This document shows positions 61,501 to 64,000 of a stretch of 64,000 bases of DNA, in pieces. Source of the stretch: Amphiscolops sp. MND2022 (Eukaryota); NCBI GenBank assembly GCA_964187785.1, contig OZ076413.1, forward strand, positions 43,650,001 through 43,714,000, given 5' to 3'. Below the pieces are notes generated by a model. The model had not been told where the DNA came from. It made no database searches and saw nothing but the letters and a program-made list of their open reading frames with translations. Within the stretch, counting starts at the first letter, position 1; each line of letters opens with the position of its first letter. Made by a program: the position numbers and the translations under genes.

Positions 61501-64000
61501 GCACGTCTGTACCTAGGTGAAACTGTGTAGAAGGGGCGCAGCTCAAAACTGTGTTCATTTTCGTAAACCTACGTGTACCTAAGATCTGCTGGTCAATTTT
61601 GGGCTGGATACGGCGCTTCCCGTGCACACCCGAGCCTTTGGAGAGTTGTCGTGCGATTTTTGAAAAATCCAAAAGTTCCTTGAAATCCTTCCTGTGGGTG
61701 ACTGGAGACTTTTTGCCCCAAACCAAGTTGATTTTCTAGCCCAGTGTGCTTGTGGAAAAACGCGGTGCAAATTTGAACAGCCTACGAGCTCTAGAACGTG
61801 TTTCGAAAAATCTAGAACGTTGAATACCATCAAAATTCTTAAGTGCTCACCGGGACGACCAAGGGATCAGCTTCGAATTGAAGACCCTGGTGCGTTCGGC
61901 GACCCAATTTGAGTCTTCCGAGTAATCGTGAGCGGTATCTCGATCGCTATTGATAAACGCGTTGGCCACTGAACCGATGGCGGTGTCCCATACTGGTTAA
62001 CAATCATGGGTCACGATAGAGGGTTCGCGTTTTTCAGACGACATGTCTGACGAAGTCACTATCGAACAACAGCGAAAGGAGGAATTGGCCGCTATGGTTC
62101 CTCCCTCAGAGAACTCCAGTGTTTCTGCAAATTCGCGTCGAACTGAGCAGTGGGTCGACGAAACCTGCCGCGATAGAGCTAATGAAGTGGAAGAGGGCTG
62201 GCCTAATTCGAATATGACCGATGAACTGGCGGCTGAGGAAGGGTGCTCGCGCGCACCCCCGGCTGGAGAAAGACAACTTGGCTCACAAACTGACATGGAG
62301 CAGGACCTCACTTATGTGGGAGGCATGAGTTACGCGCGACAGCGGGGACTCGGGACCACTCGAGGACCTACCCGGGTCTGTGCCTACGGGAAGCACAAGA
62401 AGGTGCGACCACCTATACTACAGGTAGGCGAGCCACGTCAAGAGGTATCCCGTGTCAGGAGTATGACAGGCTCATTGGCCTCATCGCAACGGTCTTCAGT
62501 ATACAAGGCAGCACTATTGGATGCCCAAGCCGAAACCCAACGGGCCCTAGCAGGTCTGGCCAGCACTCGTGCTGAATGCAATGAGCAACACCTTGCCATC
62601 GTAGAGAACATTAAAGTGATGCAGACGACGATGCGTGAAGGCCTGCAGGTCAGTGATCAATTGCGCACCGCGCAGAATGTGCAAAATGCTCGAGTGGACA
62701 CATTGGGTCACCGGATAGGAGAGATGAATGACACGTTGATGGCTCGCGAGCTGCGCGTGGAAACGCAGATCAACGACTTAAGCAATCAGATGCACACGGT
62801 ACTCAATGCCATTGATGTGATGAGGCGTGAGAGGTCACTCCCGCGGCAGCCCAGTGCAAGTGGAGGCGTGCGGAATGGAGGTCCAGTCCGTATCTCGGAG
62901 CCGACGTGCCCGAGCCAGGTAGTGAAATCGGAACTGCCGAGCGCGCTAAAGCCTAGCACTTCCAGGCCGGCAGTGCCTGCGCCCCGGAAAGATGAAGGAG
63001 TAGCCGGAAATTTGGTGATAGCCACGCCTGAAGCAGAGCGCAAGCCTGCACGAGTGCAGATGAGGGGACATCACGACTCAGCAGAATCATCGATGCCTTC
63101 TGCAATCCAGAGTACCACTCGAGATCAAGGCGTGGACCCGATGTCGACCATCTATCTTGATTCCTCGGTTGAAGTCGACCTATCTAACACCAAAGCAACC
63201 CTAGGCTCTCAAACCGAGGGAGCAACGTTTGCAACTGCCCCCATTTCGATGTCAGGACCAGATTCCCTATACTTGACCGCAGACTTGTCAGCCGATCATG
63301 GACTGCTCTCGGGCACTCCCTGTGCTAGCAGCACTCGTAAAAAGGACGAAATCGCCGACCTGTCGATACAAGCCACTCTTGGTAGTCATGACAGGACGCG
63401 CGAGGGGGAGGCCAAGGCCGATGAAAGAGAAGCCATATCACCCGAGCAGCTGAGATTCACGGCCGCCATATCAAAGGCGATGTCAAAAGAGTTAGCGCCC
63501 TTACTCGCCGGCAGAGACTTGGCTCAGGCGAGGCCCAATGTATATCGCGGGTCCAAAGACGGATCCATTGATTGGTGGATCCTTATTATGCAGAGATACC
63601 TGAAGAGAACACAAACCAAGGTCTCAGCCGAGGACCAGGCTTGGAGCATCATCGGTCACCTTGAAGGTGAAGCCCGCAACTACATCATTAACAAAGCTGA
63701 ATCCGAACGTGACACCCCCGAGAAAGTGTTCGAATTGTTATCCAGCCGCTTTGGCGCTGGAGGAAACCGTATGCAAGTGCGACAAGCTTTCCAGAGCCGC
63801 ATTCAACAAGAGAAAGAAGACTGGATGCAGTACTTAGACGCTCTAGAGGGTCTTCGGAGTCAAGGATTCCCACAAGAGGCAAACACCACCAAGCGCTATG
63901 AAATCCTCCAGCGCTTCATGGAAGGTGTACGAGACTCAGCGCTGAGGCGGGAGCTGGCCATAGTGTATGCCTCGGAAGTCTTCCTGACCGAGCCACCTAC
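58527..64000 (+). mobile_element. Element C: 5' part of a sister copy of element A, running off the window
   Basis: LTR 58527-59256 (TGTAAC...GTTACA); PBS 59272-59289; leader homologous to 23723-26239; gag homologous to 20672-23722. Confidence 0.95.
62043..64000 (+). CDS. gag: gag of element C (partial, apparently open to the window end)
   Basis: MSDEVTIEQQRKEELAAM...RVCAYGKHK...SPEQLRFTAAISKAMSKELAPLLAGRD...LRRELAIVYASE is collinear with gag of element A. The frame at the window end matches the frame at the ATG. Confidence 0.9.
   Translation, partial: MSDEVTIEQQRKEELAAMVPPSENSSVSANSRRTEQWVDETCRDRANEVEEGWPNSNMTDELAAEEGCSRAPPAGERQLGSQTDMEQDLTYVGGMSYARQRGLGTTRGPTRVCAYGKHKKVRPPILQVGEPRQEVSRVRSMTGSLASSQRSSVYKAALLDAQAETQRALAGLASTRAECNEQHLAIVENIKVMQTTMREGLQVSDQLRTAQNVQNARVDTLGHRIGEMNDTLMARELRVETQINDLSNQMHTVLNAIDVMRRERSLPRQPSASGGVRNGGPVRISEPTCPSQVVKSELPSALKPSTSRPAVPAPRKDEGVAGNLVIATPEAERKPARVQMRGHHDSAESSMPSAIQSTTRDQGVDPMSTIYLDSSVEVDLSNTKATLGSQTEGATFATAPISMSGPDSLYLTADLSADHGLLSGTPCASSTRKKDEIADLSIQATLGSHDRTREGEAKADEREAISPEQLRFTAAISKAMSKELAPLLAGRDLAQARPNVYRGSKDGSIDWWILIMQRYLKRTQTKVSAEDQAWSIIGHLEGEARNYIINKAESERDTPEKVFELLSSRFGAGGNRMQVRQAFQSRIQQEKEDWMQYLDALEGLRSQGFPQEANTTKRYEILQRFMEGVRDSALRRELAIVYASEVFLTEPP

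Overview
This is eukaryotic, probably invertebrate animal, genomic DNA made almost entirely of nested transposable elements; there is a 200-N gap at 41606-41805. The main feature is a near-complete ~18.6-kb Ty3/Gypsy LTR retrotransposon on the minus strand (element A, 8412-26984) with ~98% identical 745-bp LTRs and a target-site duplication. Its architecture is unusual: (1) a tRNA-Arg-like PBS displaced 15 nt from the LTR; (2) a 2.5-kb leader; (3) a Gag-Pol with a degenerate protease-like repeat before the real protease; (4) an integrase tail with an AT-hook and two TARG1/OARD1-like macrodomains; (5) an extra, non-Env third ORF of ~1400 codons, now frameshifted, containing an SGNH-fold-like domain. 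Two relatives are at the window ends (1-1200 and 58527-64000). A second Gypsy family, whose gag ORF starts inside the LTR, occurs as an internally deleted copy (B, 30478-34701) and a decayed copy (D, 41806-53600). Also present: a CR1/L2-type LINE with an SGNH ORF1, hAT, Tc1/mariner and CCC-ended MITEs, tandem repeats, and a frameshifted two-exon rhodopsin-class GPCR gene. Domain calls come from motif alignment by eye and need HMM or structure confirmation.
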